Positions 15,846 through 25,769 of a stretch of 64,000 nt of DNA are shown one piece after another; within the stretch, counting starts at the first letter, position 1; each line of letters opens with the position of its first letter. The stretch covers positions 416,691-480,690 of the forward strand of contig CAWEPK010000012.1 of NCBI GenBank assembly GCA_963810935.1, in the 5' to 3' direction. The stretch is from an uncultured delta proteobacterium. Lineage in GTDB: Bacteria > Desulfobacterota > Syntrophorhabdia > Syntrophorhabdales > WCHB1-27. Both the position numbers and the translations under genes were made by a program. Below the pieces are notes generated by a model, which saw nothing but the letters and a program-made list of their open reading frames with translations, was not told the origin of the DNA and did not search any database.

Positions 15846-18245
15846 TCATCCGCCCGCTGTCATGGTGAAGGTGACGACTGCCGCTTTTGCGTCGCCCGTC
15901 GGAGGGAACGTCCATTTCTTCATCGCCTCCAGGACGTCCTTCTGCCAGGCAAATGCACCCTTCAGGGCCTTCGCAGCCGTCACTGCGCCGTCCGGCCCTA
16001 TAGTGAGCCTCACCGTCAGCTTCGAGGCATTTGCCGCATCCAGGAGATACTTTTCAAAGCCTGCCGCCTGCTCGTTCAATATCTTCGACACCGCCTCTTT
16101 CACGAGTGCCCCTGATATCGCTACATCGCTCACGGCAAGCCTTGCTCCTGCGTTCGCGGCCCCGCCGCCTGTCCCCGCGTCCGCCTTGGCCTGCGTGTGG
16201 CCTGCCTTCGCCTTCAAGGCTCTATAGCGCGGGCCTGACCATCCACCCATATTGAGGCTTTGATCCATGGCCCCGCCGGGGGCGGGCGCATAGGCAAGCG
16301 CCGGGTAGGCCGGGCCGCCTGCGCCGACGGCATAGTCGGATACGCCTTCGGGCAAGGGAAGCGGCTGTTTCACGGAGACCGGCTTGCCGTCCTTCGAGCG
16401 CGTTTGCGTGTCCACGGCGACGAAGGATGTGTACGGCGTAAGCAGGTTGTACCGCAGGCCGAGGTCGGTCACAGTCGCTGTCCTGCCGGCGTCTGCGCGG
16501 AGCTTGTTGTAATCGGAAAGGAGCGTTATCCGGTGGCGCGCCCAAAGGTAGCGAAGGCCGGATCTCTCCGCCGCCGGCTTTGCCTTCGACACGTCTATCA
16601 CCTGCTTGTATGCTCCGTCGCCCGCGATGCCGCTGAGCGTGATGGTCCCGGCCAGCTTGCCGCGATACTTGCCGAACACGACCACGGGCCTCTCGGCGAG
16701 CACATCAGGCACGTGCGGCGGCTCTATGTCATATGCGTCGAAGCCTTTGAAATCAATCTTTATGCCGGTGAGCACGGGCGATTCGATCATGGCCCGGAAG
16801 CGGGCCGCCTGAAGCGGCGCGTCCTCCGGCTTGGTGATGACGAAAGGCTCGCCCATGCCTGCGGCGGCCATCCCCTCGATGATGTGGCGGTTCACGCTCG
16901 TCCCTATGCCGAAGGCAAATACGTTGGCCTTGCCAAGGTTCTTCCGCACGAGGTCGAACACTTCTTCCTCCACCTCGACGAAGCCGTCCGTGGCAACCAC
17001 TATCGTCCGCGAATAGCCTTCATGCCTCTTGAACCCGAGGGCCTCCTTCATGGCAGGCAGAAGCTCGGTGCCGCCGCCTCCCCGCTGCCTGTCGATGAGG
17101 TCTGCGGCCTTGCGGATGTTCTGTGCGGTTGCGGGCACGGACTGCTCGGCCATGACCGACGAGCCCCCCGAGAAGAGCACCACGTTGAACAGGTCGGTGC
17201 TGCGAAGCCCTCCGAGCAGGTCTTTGACGAGCTGCTTCGATATATCGAGCGGGTAGCCCCACATGGAGCCCGACACGTCCACGACGAAGACATATTCCCT
17301 GGGGAGCACCTGCGCAAGCGCGACCTTTTTGGGCGGCTGCACGTTAAGGAGAAAGAAATTCTCTTTTTCCCCTTCGTAAAGGAGCAGCCCCGACTCTATC
17401 CGGCCGCCGGCGAGCCGGTAGCGGAGTATGTAGTCCCTGTTGCCGCCGTTATCTTGCGATTTGTCGAGGTCGATCCGTGCAAGCGACGGCCCCTCGTAAT
17501 GCACGCTTACCTTGTGCGACGCGCAGGCAAGCTCGCTTATGGGGGTGCCGGCTGCAACGGACGCCTTTATGTCGAAGGTATAGGGCGGGGCCTCCTTCTG
17601 GTGGAGGTAGGGGTTCTTCACCCAGTCGTCGGAGGCGCCGGGCGTGTCCGGCCTGTTCGAGTAGCGGGGGCCGACCACGGTAGGATAGACAAACTCGTAA
17701 ACGCCGTCCGTAGGGACGAGCAGCTCCGTATATCTCAGCTCCACTTTTATCTCGTCCCCCGGCGTGATGTTAGCCACGCTCATCTGGAAGACGTTGGGCC
17801 TCTGTTGTTCCAGGAGAGAGGCGCTGTGCCCTGAATCCCTGGCCTGCTCGTATTCACGCCGCGCATCCTCGCGCTTAGCGACCCGCGCCTCGATGACGCG
17901 CGAGCCGATGGTCATCTTCATACCGTGGACCGCCGCCTTGGTCGAGGCTGGGAAGACATAAAGCGCCTCCAGCGGGTTCTTGCCCTCGTTTTTGTAAACC
18001 TGAGTAACAGTCACGTCGGCAATGGTCCCGGAGATGGAGACGCTTGCCGACATATCTTTGAGGGGCAAACGGTCAACGGATGCGTCTTTGCTTTTTACGA
18101 AGAAATACGGCGAAAGTGTTTTGTCCCCGGCCTCATCTGCCTGCGGCCGGGGAGGCTTGCCGAAAATAGGTGCAGGGAAGACAAACGCCGCAAACAAGAT
18201 CAGCGCCAACCCTATAACCACTGCCGATAGACGAGAACTTTTCAC
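15846..18245 (-). CDS. Exported VIT + vWA domain protein with C-terminal TonB_C/AgmX-like domain
   Basis: GTG 18245 after GGAGG; signal peptide; VIT (VTVTQVYKN...LEALYVFP); vWA MIDAS DVSGSM, GGGT, TDG; C-terminal TIGPDGAV...WTFP. Confidence 0.9.
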   Translation of the reverse strand: MKSSRLSAVVIGLALILFAAFVFPAPIFGKPPRPQADEAGDKTLSPYFFVKSKDASVDRLPLKDMSASVSISGTIADVTVTQVYKNEGKNPLEALYVFPASTKAAVHGMKMTIGSRVIEARVAKREDARREYEQARDSGHSASLLEQQRPNVFQMSVANITPGDEIKVELRYTELLVPTDGVYEFVYPTVVGPRYSNRPDTPGASDDWVKNPYLHQKEAPPYTFDIKASVAAGTPISELACASHKVSVHYEGPSLARIDLDKSQDNGGNRDYILRYRLAGGRIESGLLLYEGEKENFFLLNVQPPKKVALAQVLPREYVFVVDVSGSMWGYPLDISKQLVKDLLGGLRSTDLFNVVLFSGGSSVMAEQSVPATAQNIRKAADLIDRQRGGGGTELLPAMKEALGFKRHEGYSRTIVVATDGFVEVEEEVFDLVRKNLGKANVFAFGIGTSVNRHIIEGMAAAGMGEPFVITKPEDAPLQAARFRAMIESPVLTGIKIDFKGFDAYDIEPPHVPDVLAERPVVVFGKYRGKLAGTITLSGIAGDGAYKQVIDVSKAKPAAERSGLRYLWARHRITLLSDYNKLRADAGRTATVTDLGLRYNLLTPYTSFVAVDTQTRSKDGKPVSVKQPLPLPEGVSDYAVGAGGPAYPALAYAPAPGGAMDQSLNMGGWSGPRYRALKAKAGHTQAKADAGTGGGAANAGARLAVSDVAISGALVKEAVSKILNEQAAGFEKYLLDAANASKLTVRLTIGPDGAVTAAKALKGAFAWQKDVLEAMKKWTFPPTGDAKAAVVTFTMTAGG

Positions 18246-18281
18246 GATGGCCTCCTTTGGCGTCCGTTTCGTTCTAAAGTG

Positions 18282-18311
18282 ATGAGACAAAGGAGCAGCG
18301 AAAAAAGTTCC
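18282..18311 (-). promoter_or_regulatory. ECF-type promoter GGAAC-N18-GTCTCAT
   Basis: Same motif and spacing as at 25740-25769 and 22045-22074. Confidence 0.65.
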
Positions 18312-18566
18312 GTGAGGGGTGAGGATTTTTGGTGAGGTATAAAAACTATACGGCGAGCTGGGTGCGGGTGTAAGCTGGCAGAGGCGTAAAACCGGCTGCA
18401 TGTTATGCTTCAGGCAAGGCACTCGTCATTCTTTACTTCCGACTGCGCAAGAGGGATTAATGTATTTTGGAATCTACATAAAGGAAGGGCTTACATAGGT
18501 CGTTGCCTTCGCGTGCTACTCGTTGATAAGGGCGAGAGCCGAGAATCACGGAATGCCGCATAAAGG

Positions 18567-18631
18567 TTGCAACCAGAGAGCTAAACGGCGTCGCGCTGCA
18601 TTGCCACGTCCGCTTCAGCGCCTAGCTATAC
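18567..18631 (-). other. Degenerate integron attC-like site
   Basis: Minus strand GTATAGC...GCTGAAGCGGAC...GCCGTTTAGC...GTTGCAA; the upstream gene's stop lies in the R''-like core. Confidence 0.5.
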
Positions 18632-19435
18632 CAACCCTTCCCTTTTAGCCTCGGCATAACAAGTATACGTGAAGTTGCTGAATTCAACTTTGAATTCTGT
18701 TTCACTGCGCTTCCCTTTAAAGAACTGCACATTGGGATTTTGACCCTGAACAATAAGGCATACGATTTCAAGTGCCTGTCTTTCGATATCGGGACCGAAG
18801 TAGATAGCCTTAAGCACGTCTGGCTCGTAGGTAAACAATGTGCCCGCTTCAGAATGTATGGCTCGCCACTCCTTCTCGTATTTCCAGAAACTCGACTTAG
18901 TGCAGTACAAATCATCCAGCAACGTTTCGTAGTTCTTGCTCGCTATACAATCGGCAATATCTACTTCAGGAATAACATCAGCATATCGAACTTTGCGAAG
19001 CTTCGTGAATGGCTCCTTCACCGTAGAAAATCCTAAGCAGAGGCCTTTGTATTGACCGCCATAATGGCCCCACATGAGCAGGTCATCATTGACCTCAGAA
19101 AAGCATGTTACGCCTTTCGTATTCAGGAAGTTTTCACGGACCTCGGCGAGGCCCTTCTTAGCACCGCCCATCAACTTTCGCTTCAGTTCATCGAACGGCA
19201 TCAACTCAAACTCCTTCCGCATGGGCTCGGGGAAAACATTATCATTCGTATAACGCTTCCTAATACGTTCTACCTCATCATGAGAAGGGTCGCGTACGGT
19301 GGCTGTTATTGCACAATCGTAGGGATCATTGAAGTTGCGAGGAGAACCAAAGTAAAGTGACTGGGCTTTGAGATTGAGAAGGGATTGAATGTTACAACTC
19401 TCATATTTGTAAACCATGGACGGCCTATCTGCCAT
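18626..19435 (-). CDS. DUF2971-domain protein
   Basis: FNDPYDC, CFSE...LLMWGHYG...GLCLGF, KS..WKYEKEWR, IYFG; ATG after GAGGAGG. Confidence 0.88.
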   Translation of the reverse strand: MADRPSMVYKYESCNIQSLLNLKAQSLYFGSPRNFNDPYDCAITATVRDPSHDEVERIRKRYTNDNVFPEPMRKEFELMPFDELKRKLMGGAKKGLAEVRENFLNTKGVTCFSEVNDDLLMWGHYGGQYKGLCLGFSTVKEPFTKLRKVRYADVIPEVDIADCIASKNYETLLDDLYCTKSSFWKYEKEWRAIHSEAGTLFTYEPDVLKAIYFGPDIERQALEIVCLIVQGQNPNVQFFKGKRSETEFKVEFSNFTYTCYAEAKREGLV

Positions 19436-19754
19436 TGTCCCTCCTCTTTTGGTATAAAGCTCGGCATGATCCGCTCGTGTCCCTATCGGGCCACTCAGGG
19501 CCATGCCGAGCTTTAGCAATTCCCGCAGACTTTCGTGAATTTCGGTATCAGCCCTTCTATCTCATTATATATTTCATCAAGCGACTTTTGGGGACGTTTT
19601 TCCCTAACGTTCATTACCTGTTGCCTTCTTTTTTCCTTCGGCTGCCTTCCCACAAAACAAATCACATCAGGCAACAACGTCCCCAATTCACCTTAGCTGT
19701 CTGAAAACAAAACGAGCCTATCGACGATTCAATCAGCCCTTAACTTCTGCGGCT

Positions 19755-21814
19755 TCAGTTGTCATCGGGCAGAAGATGTATCTTCTCGTTGAGTCTGAGA
19801 AACGAACCACTTACTATGTCTTTCATAATCTTTGTTTCGTCATAATGGTCAAGGGTGGAATTAAGAATTTCGAGCGAAACACCGAATTGCGTGGCTACCC
19901 ATCCTCGTTGTCGAGAGAACTCTCTAAGGCCAACAAGACCGACAAACATTATGATATCAGTCATTACCTTTGCCACAGCTTCGGCGCCCTCCTCTCTTGA
20001 AGGAACCAAACTTGATAGTTCGCCGGCACCATCGATCGCTGCACGTTCAACTTCACATCTCAAGACATCGAAAAAAGCAATAACAACATCTCTGTCAGCC
20101 AAATCGCCGGATGTCGTTTCAAAGTACCTCACGCCCAGGCCAAAGGGTATGGCGAAGAAAGTCAAGAAAGCGGCTTCGCCGTTTTCCACCATGGGGAGAA
20201 CAAAAGGCAAATCGTAAAGAGGGTCTGCGGGGTTCCAATAGTCGGCAACGGGATTACATCCTCGAAAGGCAGCATACTGCGGCAAGAACTCAAGAGCCGT
20301 GACGCATTCTTCAATGCTAAAGGGTGAGATTCTCAGAGGCACTACGGGATGGATTTGGATCAATTCAAAAGTCTCGTCGAGAAGCCTCCAAGCCTCGGAT
20401 TCATTGTTTTCTTGCGCCTCCAACCGGACAAGCTGGCTTCTCGCTTCGTAGTCGAGTGGCTCCTCTGTCATTTGGGCCGCCCAAAACGCCGTGCCTCCTG
20501 AGGCACATCGGCGCCCTGTGCCTCCGCAAGCGACAGCGTAAGAATCTTCGACTTGAGTCTCTTGAGCGCCGGGCTGCCAGGCTGATGGCTCAAACCCTCC
20601 TCTACCCATTGAAGAGCACCTTTCAGAGAGCCTGCTTTGTAATGGGCATCTCCAAGCCAGTACCAGATTTGCGGCCAATGAGCCACCCAATCCGAATTGA
20701 ACTTCACCGCGGTTTCCAGTAATTCGGCAGCCTCCACCGGTTTTTGAAAATCGACGAGGAGACTAATAGCTTTCGAAACAAGGGCCTCCGGTTTCAGTGG
20801 ATCGATCTCCAACGCCCTGTCGAAACACGCCATTTCAGCCTTATGGTCTCCGACGACATGGTAAGCCGACGCGAGATTCTTCCAGATTTGCGATTCGTGG
20901 ATTTCGAGCTTCAGGGCCTCTTGGTAGCTTGCAATGGCTTCCCGATGTTCCCCCAAAGCGCTCAGTACGTTTCCTATGTTATAGAAGAGATCCCAAGTCG
21001 GAGTCGTTGCGGATCCGAGAAGCTGCTCGAACGAGCGTTTCGCCTCGAGGAGTGCGGCCTTGTTCCTCTCTTCGATTCCTTTCTCGGCTATTATGCAGGC
21101 CCTAAACGACAGGCTTTGCCGATCTTCTTTCAGCGTCAGGGAGCGGTTAATACTGGCGAGAGCCTCGTCGTAGTGGTAGAGGCGGTACTGCGACCATGCT
21201 AGGGCTTGCCAGGCCAAGGCGGACTCCGGTTGCACGTCAAGAAAATCTCTTAGCTCGGCGACGGCGCGCTCATAGGCACCCTTATCCAACGCAGCCCAAG
21301 CGGCAGACAGGCGTTCGTCTGGTGGAGTACCAAATCTAACAGTTGCTGATAGATGGTGCGACCAAGGAGGAACATCAACGTTCAAGTACTTTTTCGATAG
21401 GTCAGGATGCGCCTCTTCGAGTTGAAACCGCAACCACTCCCGGGAATAGACAACGAGTTTCCAACCGTATGCTTCACGTAGCTCGGTTGCCAACCCGTCG
21501 ACGTCTATTTGCCGCGCTCTTTGGCTGGTAACAAAAACAAGCGTCGAAAACGCCATCCCTCTCTCGGCTAACCTGCGCGTGTCACGGCGTAGTTTGGCTT
21601 TCCAGTCTTTCTCAAGGCTGAATTGAAAAAACACCGCGTCTCCCGCTCTGCTTCGACCACGTCTGGGCAACTCCTCCGCATCCCGTCCCCCGTCTTGAGG
21701 CTCGACCGGGACAACGTCCCTGTATCCGTTGCGATAGAGCAAGTCGATACAAAGTCGCTCGAAACTCGCTCCGTCAAGTTCATTGTCTATTGTCCATAGA
21801 ACTTGGTTTATCAT
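19755..21814 (-). CDS. Mrr-like PD-(D/E)xK nuclease + TPR protein; probably one gene split by a frameshift near 20484
   Basis: FERLCIDLL...DGGRDA...FQFSLEKDWKAKL then multiple TPRs; one extra T in the T4 run joins ORF 20468-21892 to ORF 19755-20690 (RRFWAAQMTEEPLD). Confidence 0.7.
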
Positions 21815-21975
21815 TGCTGATCTTCTGACATATGCCATTTCAACAATACCACTTCTGTCATAGCTGTGTAAAACGGAAAACAGAATTATCAACGCCGGGA
21901 AGCACTCCCACCCTAAGGATCACGAATATTCGACGCCCGTTACACCTCCAAACCAGCACCCCAACGTCCAGGCAA

Positions 21976-22162
21976 ATAATGTCACCCCCCACCCCCAAAA
22001 CCCTTGACACGGCACGGACGTGCAGATGGTAGTATGCTGAAAGGGGAACAAACTGCTTGTTTAAAGTGTCTCATGAGATAGATGAAGCCGGGCCTGCTGA
22101 TGAGGATTTGGAGCTTGTCGCGGCTTGCCGGAAAGGGGACGTCGAGGCGTTTGGGTGCTTGT
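21976..22162 (+). repeat. Diverged partial copy of the ECF sigma promoter and 5' coding region (25666-25858)
   Basis: Long shared blocks such as GGAACAAACTGCTTGTTTAAAGTGTCT and GTCGCGGCTTGCCGGAAAGG. Confidence 0.9.
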
Positions 22163-22221
22163 GATCTATTCATCAAACTGCGATGATGTAATGTATATTT
22201 GAACCAAGAGGGGGAGTAAAG

Positions 22222-22650
22222 ATGAAAAAGGCAATCGTATGCGTGATGACCGTTGTCGCTTTCCTGACTTTTACTGTATTAGCATTGGCGGATCAAAAGA
22301 GCCAGCCGCAGAAGGCAAGCAGTCCGCCTCCGCAGAGAAGTGTGCAGCCCAGCCCAGCCCCCGCTCCGCAGACAAGCAGTCCGAGCGTACAACCGAGCAC
22401 GGGGACCGCACGGGGCTTAGCAACACCGTCCGGACAGGCGCTCAAGGACCTGTCATCAGGCGCCAGGACACCCGGGCAGGTATTCGATGGCAGTCGTGGT
22501 CCCACCACAGCGCCTGCAGTAAACGCTTCAACGGGAACCGCTCGTACGCCGCAGCAGGCAATCGACCAATACAAGGCTTCCGGACCACAGAATCCGGGTC
22601 CTCAGACGCTGAAGATCAAGGAACCGCCTCCCCCTGCACCGGCGAAATGA
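22222..22650 (+). CDS. Secreted Pro/Ser/Thr/Gln-rich protein
   Basis: GGGGAG RBS, signal peptide (..ALA), low complexity. Confidence 0.7.
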   Translation: MKKAIVCVMTVVAFLTFTVLALADQKSQPQKASSPPPQRSVQPSPAPAPQTSSPSVQPSTGTARGLATPSGQALKDLSSGARTPGQVFDGSRGPTTAPAVNASTGTARTPQQAIDQYKASGPQNPGPQTLKIKEPPPPAPAK

Positions 22651-22751
22651 GGTTAAGGCTTCGTCTTTAAGTCTTTGAGGGGCGGGCGATAGGGCGGCCG
22701 CACTGCCTGTTTTTTGGGGTTGCTGTGTAGAGTGCTAAAGTACCACAGGGA

Positions 22752-24323
22752 TCACGTCGCCCGTTCGCACGTGCGCCCCCGGTGGTCGCGGCCCAGGAAG
22801 TAGTTCGCCCACGAAGATGTCTGATCCAGCGCCCAATCCCGGGGACGGATATAATTCCCCTTGAGGGAGACCTCTTCCCCGCGGGAGGCGAGCCGCCCAT
22901 AGGCGCGGACGAAGATACACTTCCGTTTTCCCGGGAATACCTCGCACCAGCCTTCGAGGGAGCCGCCGCACTGGCCGTTGAACAAGAATTTAGGACACTG
23001 CGATTGTGGGCAGAGGTAAGCAACTTCCGCCAGGGTGCAGTCGCCGCATCGGCGGCAGCGGGACGTGATGAACTTGAGCCAATACTCTGCCTCGGTTAAC
23101 GCCTCTTCCAGCGGCGTACGGTCGACGAGGCGGAAGAATGAGCATAAGGTCCGATAGAGGGGTGCGCCCTCGGCAAAAGCTGCCCGGTGGAAAGCACGCA
23201 TTACGGTATACCCCACCGTCGCGCGGGGACGGGCCTGAAGCGGCGCAGGCGTTTCTCTGTTGAGCCCCGTAGCCGGGTCTTTTTCGTAGATGTAAAAACC
23301 GCCCTCCTGAGGGAAGTCGAACTCAGGGACGAAAGATCGCCATTCCTCTTTGAGTTCCTCCGACCTCCCTATGATCTGCTCTATCTCGCCGTAGGACAAC
23401 CCGGGACCGCCGATGTGGGCGCCATTGTAACCCATGCCGCGAAGCACGGCCACGAGCCGGGCGGCCCTCTCGAGACTGGCCGACCTCCCTCGGTCTTTCG
23501 CTCGGGATTCCCCCTCGACCGTCGAGAACAGCTTGTTTGTGACGACGCAGCCAGGCACGCTGTTCTTGTTCATCGCCCTGGCCACCGGAAGGGTGAGGAC
23601 GTAGACGTTACCTATGATCGGGATGTCAATGCCATACGCGTGTACGGTGACGAGGAGCTCATTGAACTTCCTCACGTCGAAGCCGACCTGTGTCACGACG
23701 AAATCGGCCCCAGCCTGGACCTTCTTCCACAGCTTGAAATATTGGGCCATGGTCTCCGATTCGAGCTGCTTGAAGGGCGAAATCGCGCACCCCTTGACCA
23801 TATGTATAGGCGGGGCGGCGGTACCGCCGCCAGGTGCCCTTTCGTCGATAGAAAGCCCCTGGTTCAGCCGATCGATGAGATGGATGAGCTGGACAGAATC
23901 GACGTCGTAGACAGGCTTGGCCTTGCCCTGGAACCCGTACAAGGGGTAGTCGCCGGTCATGGCAAGCAGGTTATGGATGCCGAGCCTGTCAAGGGCATAG
24001 AGGATCGATTCAATCTGGTTTCTGTTCTTATCCTTGCAGGTAAAATGGATAATGGGGTCGATCCCGAGGCGGCAGACTTCGGCGCCAATTACGTCCGGGG
24101 CCAGGGTCGGATGGCCGCCGGGATTGTCGGTGATAGAGAGGGCATCGATGAGCCCTCCCCGGGCAGCGTCCTGGGCAAGGCGCAGGACCTCGTCCTGCCT
24201 CTTTCCACGGGAGCCCCTGCCGGGGACAAGCTCCACCGTGTAAACGAAACGGTCCCTCCGGGCGAGGATATCACCTAAGCGCCTGGTGCGCGCCTTATTT
24301 GCCAATAGCTTCTCTTCGCTCAT
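22752..24323 (-). CDS. metF: Methylenetetrahydrofolate reductase (MetF) fused to C-terminal MetV-like Cys-rich domain
   Basis: ITDNP, HFTCKDKNR, MTGD, GADFVVTQ; C-terminal CRRCGDC...CPQSQCPK...NGQCGG...CEV...C. Confidence 0.88.
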   Translation of the reverse strand: MSEEKLLANKARTRRLGDILARRDRFVYTVELVPGRGSRGKRQDEVLRLAQDAARGGLIDALSITDNPGGHPTLAPDVIGAEVCRLGIDPIIHFTCKDKNRNQIESILYALDRLGIHNLLAMTGDYPLYGFQGKAKPVYDVDSVQLIHLIDRLNQGLSIDERAPGGGTAAPPIHMVKGCAISPFKQLESETMAQYFKLWKKVQAGADFVVTQVGFDVRKFNELLVTVHAYGIDIPIIGNVYVLTLPVARAMNKNSVPGCVVTNKLFSTVEGESRAKDRGRSASLERAARLVAVLRGMGYNGAHIGGPGLSYGEIEQIIGRSEELKEEWRSFVPEFDFPQEGGFYIYEKDPATGLNRETPAPLQARPRATVGYTVMRAFHRAAFAEGAPLYRTLCSFFRLVDRTPLEEALTEAEYWLKFITSRCRRCGDCTLAEVAYLCPQSQCPKFLFNGQCGGSLEGWCEVFPGKRKCIFVRAYGRLASRGEEVSLKGNYIRPRDWALDQTSSWANYFLGRDHRGRTCERAT

Positions 24324-24408
24324 TTCTCTCCGGGATGCCTTTCAAGCCGTCGCCATTCAAGTATGTACTATTAACGCAGAACGGGATTTAGGCGAACCGT
24401 CCGCAGGC

Positions 24409-24660
24409 CTATTGTTCGGCCTTCATCTGCTCTCCACAGCAGACGATGTCACATGTTTCAACGCAGCCACACGCCTCATCAACCGACACGACGAGCCCGC
24501 AGACCTCACAGGAATACTGTTCTCCAGCCTTCGCCTTCTCCTTGCCCGTACCAGCCCGTTTTGCCAGCTTGGCCGCCGTCTTCGCAGTCTTTGGCGCTGT
24601 CGGCTTCCTTGCTTTCTTAGGGGTTGTCTTTACCGCAGTTCCTTTTGATGTCCTCGCCAT
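24409..24660 (-). CDS. Small protein with Lys/Ala-rich N-terminus and desulforedoxin-like Cys cluster
   Basis: YSCEVCGLVVSVDEACGC...CCGEQM; GAGGAGG RBS. Confidence 0.7.
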   Translation of the reverse strand: MARTSKGTAVKTTPKKARKPTAPKTAKTAAKLAKRAGTGKEKAKAGEQYSCEVCGLVVSVDEACGCVETCDIVCCGEQMKAEQ

Positions 24661-24989
24661 CTGTTTACCACCTCCTCACGGTTATTAGGGTCCTCGCGGT
24701 TCGCCTAATCCCTCGCTTTTGTAACCTCTCCCTCAACGAAACGTGGTTTTCAAAAGAAGTATAATGCCCTGGCTGTCCCGTGTCACTGATAGGGAAATCT
24801 AAAGTCGCGAGGAGTGCTTGCCTGGGTCCGGCGGACGCCAGGTTGACTCAACGGCGACTCTATCCCAACACGCGAGTCCTTTTTTCTTGACATTGCACCT
24901 AATGCGGCAGATAAAATGGATGGTTGAAGCGAATATCCGCACCGCTGTGACCAAGACCTTCGATCGGTCTTTAAAGTGGGGGGTGAGAC

Positions 24990-25505
24990 ATGATTCCAGG
25001 CATCACGAAAATCCTGTACGCGACTGATCTGAGTAAAAACTCGGCTTATGCTTTTTTCTATGCAGTCGATATGGCGAAGGCGCATAACGCCCAAATCGTT
25101 ATTCTCCATTCCGTTGAACCCACTCGCCACATTACCGTGGTAGAATCGGACACACTGGACAAGATGGCGGAAGTCGAAAAGGAGAAACAGGAGATATACG
25201 CAGAAGAGATCAAAAAGAGGGTGAGCGGGTTCTGTGAAAAAGTGGAAAATAGTTACGGCAACGCCTGTGGTCAGTTAGTATCTAATATCCTCGTTCCCAT
25301 CGGTCATCCAGTAGAGGAGATATTGAAGGCGGCGGATGATGAAGGGTGCGACGTGATCGTCCTCGGTACTCATGGAAAGGGAGTTTTAAGGCACACCTTC
25401 CTCGGAAAGGTGGCCGGCTCGGTGCTTGAGCGAACCCGAAAACCGGTTTTTATCATCCCGCTGCCCTCGGATGATATAACCATAGATTGGGATAAAATCT
25501 CGTAA
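24990..25505 (+). CDS. Universal stress protein
   Basis: KILYATDLS, G.P.EEIL..A, IVLGTHGKG, FLGKVA. Confidence 0.92.
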   Translation: MIPGITKILYATDLSKNSAYAFFYAVDMAKAHNAQIVILHSVEPTRHITVVESDTLDKMAEVEKEKQEIYAEEIKKRVSGFCEKVENSYGNACGQLVSNILVPIGHPVEEILKAADDEGCDVIVLGTHGKGVLRHTFLGKVAGSVLERTRKPVFIIPLPSDDITIDWDKIS

Positions 25506-25739
25506 GACATATAAAAGACCCAACGACAGCCGACTGCTCCGAATCCGTGAGATAGGTGTGTCTGGAACGGCTATCAAGGAGAACAGGAAGCGTCTGTCGC
25601 GATTGCCGCTCATAATAGATCGTTTATGGCTACCGAATGTTGTGCTTAACTTACGGCAAGGCAACATAATGTATCCCGAACCCCCCGCCCCCCAAAATCC
25701 TTGACACGGAACCGACAAGCAGTGGTAGTATGCTGAAAG

Positions 25740-25769
25740 GGAACAAACTGCTTGTTTAAAGTGTCTAAT
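25740..25769 (+). promoter_or_regulatory. ECF-type (autoregulatory) promoter GGAAC-N18-GTCTAAT
   Basis: Lies at the 5' end of the ECF sigma gene. Confidence 0.6.
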
